Origin: Desulfomicrobium sp.
GTDB taxonomy: Bacteria; Desulfobacterota; Desulfovibrionia; Desulfovibrionales; Desulfomicrobiaceae
Direction: 5' to 3'
Length of the DNA stretch: 64,000 nucleotides
NCBI GenBank assembly: GCA_040768745.1
Contig: JAXGMI010000002.1
Span: 384,001-448,000, forward strand
This document shows positions 19,983 to 29,795 of the stretch, piece after piece. The notes below the pieces were generated by a model that had not been told where the DNA came from, made no database searches, and was given only the letters and a program-made list of their open reading frames with translations. The position numbers were made by a program, and so were the translations under genes. Each line of letters starts with the position of its first letter. Position 1 is the first letter of the stretch.

Positions 19983-21725
19983 ATGAACCAGCAGTCCCTG
20001 TCCGCCTTCATCTGGTCCGTCGCCGACCTCCTGCGGGGCGACTACAAGCAGTCCGAATATGGCCGCGTCATCCTCCCCTTCACCGTCCTGCGTCGCCTCG
20101 ACTGCGTCCTGGCTCCCACGAAGCAAGCCGTCCTGGCGGAAATGGAGAACCGGCAGAAGCTGGGCATCAACCCGGAGCCGTTCCTGCTTCGGGCTTCTGG
20201 CCAGACATTCTTCAACACCTCATCCCTCGACATGAAGAAGCTCATGGGGGATCAGGATCATATCCGCGAGAACCTCTTCAGCTACGTCAGCTCGTTCTCG
20301 TCCTCCGTGCGTGATGTCTTCGAGCGCTTCGAGTTCCACGGACAGGTTGACCGCCTCGCTAAGTGCGGCCTGCTCTATCAGGTCACCGAGCGCTTCACCC
20401 AGATCGATCTTCACCCGGATCAGGTCACCAATCACCAGATGGGCCTCGTCTTCGAGGAACTGATCAGGAAGTTCGCGGAGCTTTCCAACGAGACCGCCGG
20501 TGAGCACTTCACCCCGCGTGAGGTCATACGGCTCATGGTCAACCTCATCTTCATCGAGGACGACGATGTCCTGTCCAAGCCCGGCGTGGTCCGCACCATC
20601 TACGACCCGACAGCAGGGACCGGGGGCATGCTGTCCATTGCAGGTGAATACCTCGAAGAGCACAACCCCAAGGCCCGGCTCACGGTCTATGGCCAGGAAT
20701 TGAACCCAGAGTCCTTCGCCATCTGCAAGGCGGACATGCTCATCAAGGGCCAGGACGTCTCCAACATCGTCTTCGGCAACACACTCTCGGATGACGGGCA
20801 CGGTGGAAAACATTTCGACTACATGCTGTCCAATCCGCCCTTCGGCGTGGAGTGGAAGAAGGTGGAGAAGGAGGTCCGTAAGGAGCACGAGAGCCAGGGC
20901 TTCAACGGGCGCTTCGGGCCGGGACTGCCCAGGATCTCCGACGGGTCCATGCTGTTCCTGCTCCACCTCATCAGCAAGATGCGTCCAGTGGCTGACGGCG
21001 GGAGCCGCTTTGGCATCGTCCTCAACGGTTCGCCCTTGTTCACTGGAGGAGCCGGGAGCGGGGAAAGCGAGATCCGCCGCTACGTGCTGGAGAACGATCT
21101 GCTTGAGGCCATCGTCGGCCTGCCCACGGACATGTTCTACAACACGGGCATCAGCACTTACGTGTGGATCGTCAGCAACAAGAAGCCGGAGCACCGCAAG
21201 GGCTTGGTCCAACTCATCGACGCTTCAGCCATGTGGCAGAAGATGAGGAAGAGCCTGGGGAACAAGCGCAAGGAACTCTCTGACGAGCACATTGCCGAGA
21301 TCACCCGCCTGTTCGGCCAGTTCGTCGAGGCCGAGGCCGACGGCAAGCCCATCAGCCGGATCTTCAAGAACACGGACTTCGGCTACCGGAGCATCACCGT
21401 GGAGCGCCCAGAGCGGGACGAGAAGGGCAAAATCGTCCTTGGTCAACGAGGCAAGATGAAGGGCAAGCCCATGGCGGACTCGAAGCTTCGGGACACCGAG
21501 AACGTGCCCTTGAATGAAGACGTGGAGGAGTACTTCAAACGGGAAGTCCTGCCCCATGCCCCGGATGCTTGGATCGAACATGACAAGACCAAGGTGGGCT
21601 ATGAGATCCCGTTCAATAGACACTTCTACGTCTTCACCCCGCCGCGTCCGTTGGCGGAGATCGACGCGGATCTGAAGCTGACCACGGATCGGATCAAGGC
21701 GATGATCGAGGGGCTGACGGCATGA
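19983..21725 (+). CDS. hsdM: Type I restriction-modification methyltransferase subunit
   Basis: [22 protein letters not shown] (m6A) motifs. Confidence 0.97.
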   Translation: MNQQSLSAFIWSVADLLRGDYKQSEYGRVILPFTVLRRLDCVLAPTKQAVLAEMENRQKLGINPEPFLLRASGQTFFNTSSLDMKKLMGDQDHIRENLFSYVSSFSSSVRDVFERFEFHGQVDRLAKCGLLYQVTERFTQIDLHPDQVTNHQMGLVFEELIRKFAELSNETAGEHFTPREVIRLMVNLIFIEDDDVLSKPGVVRTIYDPTAGTGGMLSIAGEYLEEHNPKARLTVYGQELNPESFAICKADMLIKGQDVSNIVFGNTLSDDGHGGKHFDYMLSNPPFGVEWKKVEKEVRKEHESQGFNGRFGPGLPRISDGSMLFLLHLISKMRPVADGGSRFGIVLNGSPLFTGGAGSGESEIRRYVLENDLLEAIVGLPTDMFYNTGISTYVWIVSNKKPEHRKGLVQLIDASAMWQKMRKSLGNKRKELSDEHIAEITRLFGQFVEAEADGKPISRIFKNTDFGYRSITVERPERDEKGKIVLGQRGKMKGKPMADSKLRDTENVPLNEDVEEYFKREVLPHAPDAWIEHDKTKVGYEIPFNRHFYVFTPPRPLAEIDADLKLTTDRIKAMIEGLTA

Positions 21726-23017
21726 GCTTCCCGAAGTACCCAGAGTACAAAGACAGCGGCGTGGAGTGGTTGGCAGAAGTGCCCCAAAATTGGGATGTAA
21801 AGCGACTTGGGTATTATTTCGTTGAACGACGGGAGAAAGTTAGTGATGTTGACTATGAGCCCCTGTCCGTCACCAAAATGGGAATCGTGCCACAGCTAGA
21901 AACAGCCGCAAAAACTGATGATAATGATAACCGTAAAAAAGTTTGCGCAGGTGACTTTGTCATAAATAGCAGATCAGATCGAAAAGGATCTTCAGGCCTT
22001 TCTGACAGAGATGGGTCAGTGTCTCTCATCAATACAGTTCTCTGCCCAAGAGAGGATATACTGGGAATTTTTGCTCATCATCTGTTTCGCAGCATCCCAT
22101 TCCAAGAAGAATTTTACAGGTACGGCAAAGGAATTGTTGCAGATCTTTGGAGCACCAACTATTCAGAGATGAAGTCTATTGTCCTTGCTATCCCTCCACT
22201 CCCAGAACAATCCGCCATCGCCACCGTCCTCGACCGCGAGACCGCCAAGATCGACGCATTGGTTGCCGAGCAGGAAAAACTGATCGAACTCCTGAAGGAG
22301 AAGCGGCAGGCGGTCATCTCCCACGCGGTGACCAAGGGCCTTGATCCGAATGTACCCATGAAGGACAGCGGCGTGGAGTGGTTGGGGGAAGTGCCGAGCC
22401 ATTGGGAAATAAAACGGATTAAGCACTTAGGCGAAGCCTTCAATGGGCTAACGTATAATCCATCAGAGATATCAGATGACTCGACTGGAACTTTAGTTCT
22501 TCGATCATCCAATGTTCAAAATGGAATTATCTCGCTAGAAGACAACGTATACGTTACAGCAAATATACCAGAGAAACTTCGTGTTAAAACTGGCGATATT
22601 TTGATTTGCTCTCGAAATGGCAGCAGAGCGCTTATTGGAAAAAATGCTATAATTAATGAAGACGTATCAGGGTCAACTTTCGGCGTATTCATGATGGTTT
22701 TTAGGAGCAAAATATACAGATATATCCGCTATATATTGAATTCAGAGCTATTTACATTTCAGTCATCAGCTTTTTTGACATCAACCATTAATCAGCTGAC
22801 AGTCCAAAATTTTAACGGATTTGAAGTTCCAGTGCCTCCTTCTGACGAACAATCGACCATTGCAACATTCCTCGACTACGAAACAGAAAGAATCGATGCC
22901 CTTGTAACCGAATCCCAACGAGCCATCGACCTCCTCAAAGAACGCCGAGCCGCCCTCATCTCCGCCGCTGTGACCGGCAAGATCGACGTGCGGGGACTAG
23001 TGGAAGCCACGCAGTAA
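21722..23017 (+). CDS. hsdS: Type I restriction-modification specificity subunit
   Basis: Two KDSGVEWL conserved regions, PPLPEQ/PPSDEQ motifs, and two AT-rich target recognition domains. Confidence 0.96.
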   Translation: MSFPKYPEYKDSGVEWLAEVPQNWDVKRLGYYFVERREKVSDVDYEPLSVTKMGIVPQLETAAKTDDNDNRKKVCAGDFVINSRSDRKGSSGLSDRDGSVSLINTVLCPREDILGIFAHHLFRSIPFQEEFYRYGKGIVADLWSTNYSEMKSIVLAIPPLPEQSAIATVLDRETAKIDALVAEQEKLIELLKEKRQAVISHAVTKGLDPNVPMKDSGVEWLGEVPSHWEIKRIKHLGEAFNGLTYNPSEISDDSTGTLVLRSSNVQNGIISLEDNVYVTANIPEKLRVKTGDILICSRNGSRALIGKNAIINEDVSGSTFGVFMMVFRSKIYRYIRYILNSELFTFQSSAFLTSTINQLTVQNFNGFEVPVPPSDEQSTIATFLDYETERIDALVTESQRAIDLLKERRAALISAAVTGKIDVRGLVEATQ

Positions 23018-23032
23018 CGCCCCGGAGAAGCC

Positions 23033-26000
23033 ATGAGCCTGCACAAGGAAATCGAGTTCGAGAACGACATCTGCTCCCATCTGGCCGCTCATGGCTGGCT
23101 GTACGATCCGAACGACTGCCAAGCCTTCGACCGGCAACGGGCGCTGTTCCCGGCTGATGTCCTTGCGTGGATGAAGCAGACCCAGCCCAAGGCCTGGGAC
23201 GGGCTGACCAAGAGTCATGGCGCGGCGGCGGAAGCCGTTCTTCTCGACCGAATCCGCAAGCAGTTGGACGACCGGGGAACCCTCGATGTCATCCGCTTCG
23301 GCGTTGAACTCCTGGGCCTGCGTCAGCCCTTGAGCCTCGCCCAGTTCAAACCTGCCCTGGCCATGAACCCGGACCTTCAGGCCAAGTACGAGGCCAACCG
23401 GCTCCGGGTGGTGCGTCAGGTACGCTACTCCGTCCACAACGAGAACTGCCTGGATCTCGTACTGTTCCTGAACGGCATCCCCGTGGCCACGGTGGAACTG
23501 AAGACGGACTTCACCCAGTCGGTCTTCGATGCCGTTGATCAGTACCGCTTTGACCGCAACCCAAGACCCAAGGGCCAGGGAACGCCGGAACCGCTTCTCG
23601 ATTTCCCACGCGGCGCTCTGGTTCACTTCGCCGTGAGCAACTCCCTGGTCCGCATGACCACCAAGCTCCAGGGCGCGGCCACGACCTTCCTGCCCTTCGA
23701 CCGTGGCAACAACAAGGCGGCAGGAAACCCGGTCAACCCAGACGGCCACGCCACGTCCTACCTGTGGGAAGAGGTCTGGGAGCGGGAAAGCTGGCTGGAG
23801 ATCCTGGGCCGCTACATCGTGGCCATGCGTGACCCCAAGAAGCGGATCGAGAAGATCATCTTCCCCCGCTACCACCAACTCGGTGCCACGCGGAAACTGG
23901 TCCGCACCGTGCTGGAGGAAGGGCCAGGACAGAAGTATTTGATCCAGCACTCGGCAGGATCGGGGAAGACTAACTCCATCGCATGGTCCGCCCATTTCCT
24001 GGCCGACCTCCACGATGCCAACCACAAGAAGATCTTCGACTCGGTCCTCGTGGTCAGCGACCGGACGGTCCTTGATGCCCAGCTTCAGGAGGCCATCTTC
24101 GCCTTCGAGCGAACCACGGGCGTGGTGGCCACCATCACCGGAGAGCACCAGAGCAAGAGCGGTGAACTGGCCAAGGCCTTGTCCGGCGGCAAGAAGATCG
24201 TGGTCTGCACCATCCAGACCTTCCCGTTCGCCATCAAGGCCGTGCAGGAGCTGGCCGCGACCCAAGGAAAGACCTTTGCCGTCATCGCCGACGAGGCCCA
24301 CAGCTCCCAGACCGGGGAAGCGGCGGCCAAGCTCAAGCAGGTGCTGTCAGCCGAGGAACTCAAGGAGCTTGCAGACGGCGGGGAGTTCAGCACCGAGGAC
24401 CTGCTGGCCGCACAGATGGCCGCTAGGGCACGGGAGGACGGCATCACCTACGTGGCCTTCACGGCAACGCCCAAGGCCAAGACCCTGGAACTTTTCGGAC
24501 GCCTTCCTGACCCTACCCGCCCAGCTTCGGACGACAACGCCCCGGAACCCTTCCACGTCTACAGCATGCGCCAAGCCATCGAGGAAGGTTTCATCCTCGA
24601 CGTGCTCAAGAACTACACCTCGTACAAGCTGGCCTTCCGCCTCTCCCACAACGGGAAGGACATGGACGACAAGGAGGTGGACCGCAGCGAGGCCATGAAG
24701 GACATCATGCACTGGGTCCGGCTCCATCCGTACAACATCAGCCAAAAGGTCAAGATCGTCGTCGAACATTTCCGAAAGAACGTCGCCCCACTGCTCGAAG
24801 GCAAGGCCAAGGCCATGGTTGTCACGGCCAGCCGTGCGGAGGTGGTGCGCTGGCAACTTGCTACCAACAAGTACATCAAGGAGCAGGGCTACAAGATCGG
24901 GGCGCTGGTGGCCTTCTCCGGCGAGGTGAAGGATGATGAGCTGGGACCGGATGGATTCACCGAGACGAGCAAGACCTTGAACCCCACCCTGAACGGACGG
25001 GACATCAGGGAAGCCTTCGGGACCGAGGAGTACCAGCTTCTGCTCGTGGCCAACAAGTTCCAGACCGGCTTCGACCAGCCCTTGCTCTGCGGCATGTACG
25101 TGGACAAGCGCCTTGCCGGAATCCAGGCCGTGCAGACCCTCTCCCGCCTCAACCGCCGCCACCGGGGTAAGGACACCACCTACATCCTCGACTTCGTGAA
25201 CGAGCCGGAAGAGATCCTGGCCGCGTTCAAGACCTACTACGAAACGGCGGAACTGGAGGGCGTGACCGACCCGAACCTCGTCTTCGACCTTCGGGCCAAG
25301 CTCGATTCCCAAGGCTTCTACGACGACAACGAGGTGAACCGGGTGGTCAATGCCGAAATGGACCCAGGGTCCACCCAGAAGGATCTTGCCGCCGCCATAG
25401 CCCCCGTGGCTGACCGTCTGCTCCGCCGCTACAAGGAGCTTCAGAAGGCCATGAAGGCGGCACAAGCCATCAAAGACCATAAGGCTGAAAAGGACGCCCT
25501 GGACGAGAAGAACGCCCTGGAGCTGTTCAAGCGGAACATGGGAGCCTTCAAGCGGGTCTATTCCTTCCTGTCCCAGATCTTCAACTACGAGAACACGGAC
25601 ATCGAGAAGCGCTCCATCTTCTACAGGAGGCTCCTGCCCCTGCTGGAGTTCGGACGGGAGCGGGACGAGATTGATCTGTCAGGGGTCGTGCTCACCCACC
25701 ACCAGCTCAAGAACAAAGGGAAGCGGGATCTGCCCATTGGCGTCGGAGACCCCGACAAGTTGCAACCCATGACGGACCCAGGGAGCGGCGAGGTCAGGGA
25801 CAAGCAGAAGGCGCTCCTGGCCGAGATCATCTCCAAGGTGAACGACCTGTTCGAGGGTGAGCTGACGGACGACGACAAGCTGATCTACGTGAACAACGTC
25901 ATCAAGGGAAAGCTCATGGAGTCGGAGATCCTGGCCGAGCAGGCGGCGAACAACACGAAGGAACAGTTCGCCAACTCACCGGATCTGGCCAACGAGATTT

Positions 26001-26155
26001 TAAGCGCCATCATGAACGCCCTGGAGGCGCACACGGCCATGAGCAAGCAGGCCCTGGAGTCCGAGAAGGTCCGCCATGGGTTGAGGGATATTTTGCTGGA
26101 TCATGCGGGGTTATATGAGGACTTGAGGAGCAAGGCAGGAGCTGGGTATTATTAA
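23033..26155 (+). CDS. hsdR: Type I restriction-modification endonuclease subunit
   Basis: NGIPVATVELK nuclease motif, HSAGSGKT, DEAH, FTATP, QTGFD, QTLSRLNR. Confidence 0.97.
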   Translation: MSLHKEIEFENDICSHLAAHGWLYDPNDCQAFDRQRALFPADVLAWMKQTQPKAWDGLTKSHGAAAEAVLLDRIRKQLDDRGTLDVIRFGVELLGLRQPLSLAQFKPALAMNPDLQAKYEANRLRVVRQVRYSVHNENCLDLVLFLNGIPVATVELKTDFTQSVFDAVDQYRFDRNPRPKGQGTPEPLLDFPRGALVHFAVSNSLVRMTTKLQGAATTFLPFDRGNNKAAGNPVNPDGHATSYLWEEVWERESWLEILGRYIVAMRDPKKRIEKIIFPRYHQLGATRKLVRTVLEEGPGQKYLIQHSAGSGKTNSIAWSAHFLADLHDANHKKIFDSVLVVSDRTVLDAQLQEAIFAFERTTGVVATITGEHQSKSGELAKALSGGKKIVVCTIQTFPFAIKAVQELAATQGKTFAVIADEAHSSQTGEAAAKLKQVLSAEELKELADGGEFSTEDLLAAQMAARAREDGITYVAFTATPKAKTLELFGRLPDPTRPASDDNAPEPFHVYSMRQAIEEGFILDVLKNYTSYKLAFRLSHNGKDMDDKEVDRSEAMKDIMHWVRLHPYNISQKVKIVVEHFRKNVAPLLEGKAKAMVVTASRAEVVRWQLATNKYIKEQGYKIGALVAFSGEVKDDELGPDGFTETSKTLNPTLNGRDIREAFGTEEYQLLLVANKFQTGFDQPLLCGMYVDKRLAGIQAVQTLSRLNRRHRGKDTTYILDFVNEPEEILAAFKTYYETAELEGVTDPNLVFDLRAKLDSQGFYDDNEVNRVVNAEMDPGSTQKDLAAAIAPVADRLLRRYKELQKAMKAAQAIKDHKAEKDALDEKNALELFKRNMGAFKRVYSFLSQIFNYENTDIEKRSIFYRRLLPLLEFGRERDEIDLSGVVLTHHQLKNKGKRDLPIGVGDPDKLQPMTDPGSGEVRDKQKALLAEIISKVNDLFEGELTDDDKLIYVNNVIKGKLMESEILAEQAANNTKEQFANSPDLANEILSAIMNALEAHTAMSKQALESEKVRHGLRDILLDHAGLYEDLRSKAGAGYY

Positions 26156-26252
26156 TCCGAGCTCTAACTTGTTAACATTTTGTCGCCGCCCCTCCGACCA
26201 GCAAGCGTTAGCGGGTAAGTGGCGTTAACTATTTCTTCGTCGGAGTAATACC

Positions 26253-26516
26253 TCAAAGGCCAGGTCGGCGACTCCATAAATTTTCAAGTAATCGCCTGCA
26301 CTCCCGCAGTAGCGCGTTCAATTCCTTGCGCTTGGCGATAGCCTCTTTCGTGTAAAATCCGGCCCTGTATCGCCCGTGTGCCGCGCCGGATAGGGACCGG
26401 CCACCATGAAGCCTACACCTGCCGTTGCGCATCGCAGGGGCCTTGCAGGGGCTTCCTGTGCGTGTCCTGGCTCCGCACCTTGGAGCGTTGTGCATGGGGT
26501 AACTGTCATCGCCCAT
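26253..26516 (-). CDS. HGGxSTG-domain protein (copy 1)
   Basis: CGARTRTGSPCKAPAMRNGRCRLHGGRS; start overlaps the stop of the upstream gene. Confidence 0.85.
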   Translation of the reverse strand: MGDDSYPMHNAPRCGARTRTGSPCKAPAMRNGRCRLHGGRSLSGAAHGRYRAGFYTKEAIAKRKELNALLRECRRLLENLWSRRPGL

Positions 26517-27078
26517 TGACTCCCCCTCCCCCGCCCTGGACGTTGCCAACGATGGCCTGCCCGCCCGCCTCCACGGTGACGTGCTCCACGGTGACGTGCT
26601 GCCGTCCACCCGTGCGCAGTTTGTTCAGCAGTTCGATTTGACGCGCCTGGACGCTCATAAACTGGCACGCCAGGTTCATGCTCTTGCGCCGGTGGTTCAC
26701 GTCGTTCGATTTGTACGTCCCGATAGCCAAGCAAGCGGATGCGGCCATGTCCGCCGCAATGAGCTGTTGAATCAGCAGGCGCTCAACTGCATTTTTCGGG
26801 GCCAGCTCAACCAACAAACGCAACGCCAGGTTGCGCTGCCGGTCTGCATCCTCCCCCTCGTATGGATTGCATGAAGCAGCAGAATTGACAGCGCCGGACA
26901 GCACAAGCGTGTCATCGGTGCACAGGGCCGCAAGCATCGAATCACGCTGTTCGGGCGTCACTGTCACCGTGCCACCCTCGTATTTCGGAAGGGCCGCGCG
27001 CCGTTTCCGCTCGGTCATCACCGCCGGGGCGTGCTGCATTTGCGCTGCATTTTCAGCGGCGCTTTTAGGCTTGGGCAT
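26506..27078 (-). CDS. Hypothetical helical protein with C-terminal GGRQHVTVEHVTVEAGGQAIVG motif (copy 1)
   Basis: GGGAGG RBS; clear homolog at 32281-32880. Confidence 0.85.
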   Translation of the reverse strand: MPKPKSAAENAAQMQHAPAVMTERKRRAALPKYEGGTVTVTPEQRDSMLAALCTDDTLVLSGAVNSAASCNPYEGEDADRQRNLALRLLVELAPKNAVERLLIQQLIAADMAASACLAIGTYKSNDVNHRRKSMNLACQFMSVQARQIELLNKLRTGGRQHVTVEHVTVEAGGQAIVGNVQGGGGGVNGR

Positions 27079-27214
27079 CGTCATCCTCCCACAGGTCCAG
27101 CTCCGGCCATTCGATTTTGTCCAGGTCGAGGTCGGCGAGGTCGAGGTCGGCGAGTTCGCCAAACTCAATGTTCAGCGCATCTTCAAGGGCATCGTCCAGC
27201 CACGTTTTAGGCAT
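27065..27214 (-). CDS. Highly acidic 49-aa peptide (not in the ORF track)
   Basis: MPKTWLDDALEDALNIEFGELADLDLADLDLDKIEWPELDLWEDDDAQA; GGAGG RBS, overlaps both neighbours; syntenic homolog at 32873-32998. Confidence 0.75.
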   Translation of the reverse strand: MPKTWLDDALEDALNIEFGELADLDLADLDLDKIEWPELDLWEDDDAQA

Positions 27215-27413
27215 TGACTTCCACCTCCACCTGCCCGGGTTCTCCGTAAGCCCTCGCTCCGGTCTGGTCCCAGAACGTCAAGTACCTCTGCCCACAGGCT
27301 CGGCATTGGTGGCGTTGCTGTGTGCATCCTGGGCAAAGTCCTTGCGGGCCTTTGACCCGCAACGTGTCAGGGCTTCCGCAGGTCGGACATAGTGTTGAGT
27401 AGGGTTCCAGCAT
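27207..27413 (-). CDS. Zinc-ribbon protein (NrdR N-terminal / Ogr-Delta-like), copy 1
   Basis: CPTCGSPDT...QRHQCRACGQRYLT; GGAGG RBS. Confidence 0.75.
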   Translation of the reverse strand: MLEPYSTLCPTCGSPDTLRVKGPQGLCPGCTQQRHQCRACGQRYLTFWDQTGARAYGEPGQVEVEVNA

Positions 27414-27535
27414 CAGCGCCTCCGTTTTCGTCCAAAACATACTGGAATCGGCATTTTATGGACAAGATCTCCAAGGTCAGATCATCGCGGGCCTGTACTC
27501 GGTCACACAAAATTGAAAAGGCCACCCTAAAAAGT

Positions 27536-27650
27536 TCCCCCAATTTTGGCAGCGCAAAAGTTTTGGGCCACCACCGGTCTGCGGGTCGAAGATCCAGACT
27601 TTCGGCCCCCCCCTGTCCCGGGCGCGGACTGGTCGGATCTGTCCAGTCCG
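27536..27650 (-). other. Putative cos-like packaging site with an adjacent inverted repeat
   Basis: Minus strand reads G8-CCGAAAGTCTGG...GACCGGTGGTGGCCCAAAACTTTTGCGCTGCCAAAATTGGGG; inverted repeat CGGACTGG/CCAGTCCG at 27625-27650. Confidence 0.45.
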
Positions 27651-27910
27651 GCAAGCTCGTCCTCGATGCGGTCCAATCGTTCGGGTAGGGTCGGTGTGTG
27701 CATGCTTCACCTGTCGAGAAATAGAAAAGATAAAAAACACGCGGACGGCGTGAGAGCCGCAGGGTCTCGCGCTAGCTCGTTCGAATACTTTTTCTAATAC
27801 TGGATAAATACTAGTTCCTGGGGAATTATTGCCACTTTTTGGATGCGTTAAATTGACCACGTTGCCACCCTGTAACGGGTAATAAATGCTCATCATGGGT
27901 AAATATTGCA

Positions 27911-28768
27911 TCATGTAATTTTCAATCTTGAGTTGAGATACCCTGTCGTTTTGGTGTTAAATCCCCATCCGTCCTTGAAGTTTACACGCCAATATTCCGG
28001 CGCGTACTCTTCTCTTGATATGACAGTCATGTTGGAACTGCTCAAAAAGTCCACTGCGGTGGCGTAACTCCTCCGGCCAATACCTGCGAAGCGGATCAGC
28101 TCTTCCCGGTCTGCCGCGCACCAGTCACATTTCCTAAAAGCGTACCATGTGCGCCATTCATCTGAATCAACTTGAATCCATTCACCATCTGGCTCTAAGT
28201 CTGGCCTCGGCTTCGCAAAGATACGCATCACCGGATAGAGCGCCTGAGTCACAGGATGATCACCCATGACCGACCAGTAGCCGCCTAGAAAAAGGGATGC
28301 GTGCAGCGGGACATAGAAGTCGTCATGCGGGAGCTGAAGATGGTAAATCGTGAGAGGTCGGCCCGCTGTCGTGGTGGCCTTTCGTGTCGAGATGAGCCCG
28401 GCATCTTCGAGGACACGCACCCCCTTGCGGACAGTCTTGCGGCTGTTGATGCCGGACAGGGCGCAAATGACCTCCTGGCTCGGCCAGCATTTATGGTCCC
28501 GATTCTCAAAATGCATCAGGACAGGCAGGACCGACTTGGCAACCAAGGGCAGGGCCGCCCAAATTCCTGGGGCGTCGATCAGCCCGTCAGCCGAAACCTT
28601 GAAAATCAATGACCTTGGAAATTGACAGAATCGACCCACTGCCGACTGATCAAGGATTTTCCACCGGTAGCTGAAGCCAGGGTCAAGGGTATCGACAGCG
28701 GGCAGCGGCGGCGCAGCCTTCTGCTTTTGTACCGGCTTTTTGGCGGAGCTTTTCTTGACGGCGCTCAT
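27911..28768 (-). CDS. Winged-HTH replication-initiator-like protein
   Basis: CWPSQEVICALSGINSRKTVRKGVRVLEDAGLI resembles the HTH of phage/plasmid Rep proteins; located after the excisionase. Confidence 0.7.
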   Translation of the reverse strand: MSAVKKSSAKKPVQKQKAAPPLPAVDTLDPGFSYRWKILDQSAVGRFCQFPRSLIFKVSADGLIDAPGIWAALPLVAKSVLPVLMHFENRDHKCWPSQEVICALSGINSRKTVRKGVRVLEDAGLISTRKATTTAGRPLTIYHLQLPHDDFYVPLHASLFLGGYWSVMGDHPVTQALYPVMRIFAKPRPDLEPDGEWIQVDSDEWRTWYAFRKCDWCAADREELIRFAGIGRRSYATAVDFLSSSNMTVISREEYAPEYWRVNFKDGWGFNTKTTGYLNSRLKIT

Positions 28769-28896
28769 GAGCCACCCCGACAGTAAAAACCTTGACAGTC
28801 AAAGCAAATTGGCCGAAAAGATTCCTGCGGATCTGGATCACCTCCGCGCACGCCCTTGAAGCCCGGCCCGCCAGCCGGGTTTTCTATTTGCAACAT
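28765..28896 (-). CDS. 43-aa ORF translationally coupled to the Rep-like gene
   Basis: GGAGG RBS, MLQIENPAGGPGF...CFDCQGFYCRGGS, ATGA overlap with the rep start. Confidence 0.5.
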   Translation of the reverse strand: MLQIENPAGGPGFKGVRGGDPDPQESFRPICFDCQGFYCRGGS

Positions 28897-28905
28897 GGCC
28901 ACCTC

Positions 28906-29091
28906 CTACGCCACAGGCTCAACGATTCGCCCTTCAGCAAATGCCTGTAGATCTTCCATGCTGTACCTGACAGATCGTCCTAACTTCCGATAACGAGGCG
29001 GCTTGCATTGAAACCTCCAAGCCTGGAGAGTCTTCACGCTCATGGACAACAATTCCGCAGCCTGCTTTTCCGTCAACAAACGTTCTTTCAT
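28906..29091 (-). CDS. Excisionase / AlpA-like HTH DNA-binding protein
   Basis: LLTEKQAAELLSMSVKTLQAWR...PPRYRKLGRSVRYSMEDL. Confidence 0.9.
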   Translation of the reverse strand: MKERLLTEKQAAELLSMSVKTLQAWRFQCKPPRYRKLGRSVRYSMEDLQAFAEGRIVEPVA

Positions 29092-29216
29092 ATTTCAAGC
29101 TCCAAAAGAAAAAAGCCGTATGCTACGAGATTGCAGCACACGGCATCAAAATATTAATGGCCCAGCGGTAAAACTATGCAGCTATTTATTTAATAGCTGC
29201 GCAAAGGCAAGCACCT

Positions 29217-29741
29217 TTATTTTTTGATATTTTTTTCAATAAACAACTTACATACATCTATGCCTTGCTCAAAACTCACTGCTTCGGGTGGTAATCCTTG
29301 TTGAGCCCATTCAACCACTTTGCGCATAGGACCACCAGTGAACTTTTCCAACGTCCTTTCACAGCACCCCAGGGTGTTGCAGGCTTCGCCTTTAGCTTCT
29401 GTCACATCTCTTGGCCCTCCTGGTTGGCCAATGCGAGAAAGAATCTTTCCGTATGCTTGGGACATTTCTAGGGCCTTCACCCAATTGGAGTAAACGTCCT
29501 GTTTCGGCCCTGACCGCATTGATTGCGCTCCAGGGTCGATGAAGTGTGCAAGGGCTTGGCATGTAGCGACGTCAACCGGATCTTCCATCTCGCGCAGAAG
29601 CCTTGCTATCTCAGATCCTGCATGCTTACTGCGCTGCTCGCAATGCGCACGAATCCATAAACATCTCGACATATGGCGCACCCATTGAGGGAATCCGCTT
29701 AAGTCAGCCTGCGAAAAAATCCGATCTCCGCTTCCCATCAA
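29217..29741 (-). CDS. Hypothetical protein between the integrase and excisionase
   Basis: 174-aa ORF with a GAGG RBS, co-oriented with the integrase. Confidence 0.6.
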   Translation of the reverse strand: MMGSGDRIFSQADLSGFPQWVRHMSRCLWIRAHCEQRSKHAGSEIARLLREMEDPVDVATCQALAHFIDPGAQSMRSGPKQDVYSNWVKALEMSQAYGKILSRIGQPGGPRDVTEAKGEACNTLGCCERTLEKFTGGPMRKVVEWAQQGLPPEAVSFEQGIDVCKLFIEKNIKK

Positions 29742-29795
29742 GCCACCTCTCGCTTGGCCCGTTTCCCGACCAGCACCGTGCTGGTCGGATGAAAT

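Noticed and set aside
26569..26598. 15-bp tandem repeat CTCCACGGTGACGTG, also near 32356, considered as CRISPR or iteron
   Set aside because: Only two adjacent units with no spacers, and it encodes the HVTVE peptide repeat.
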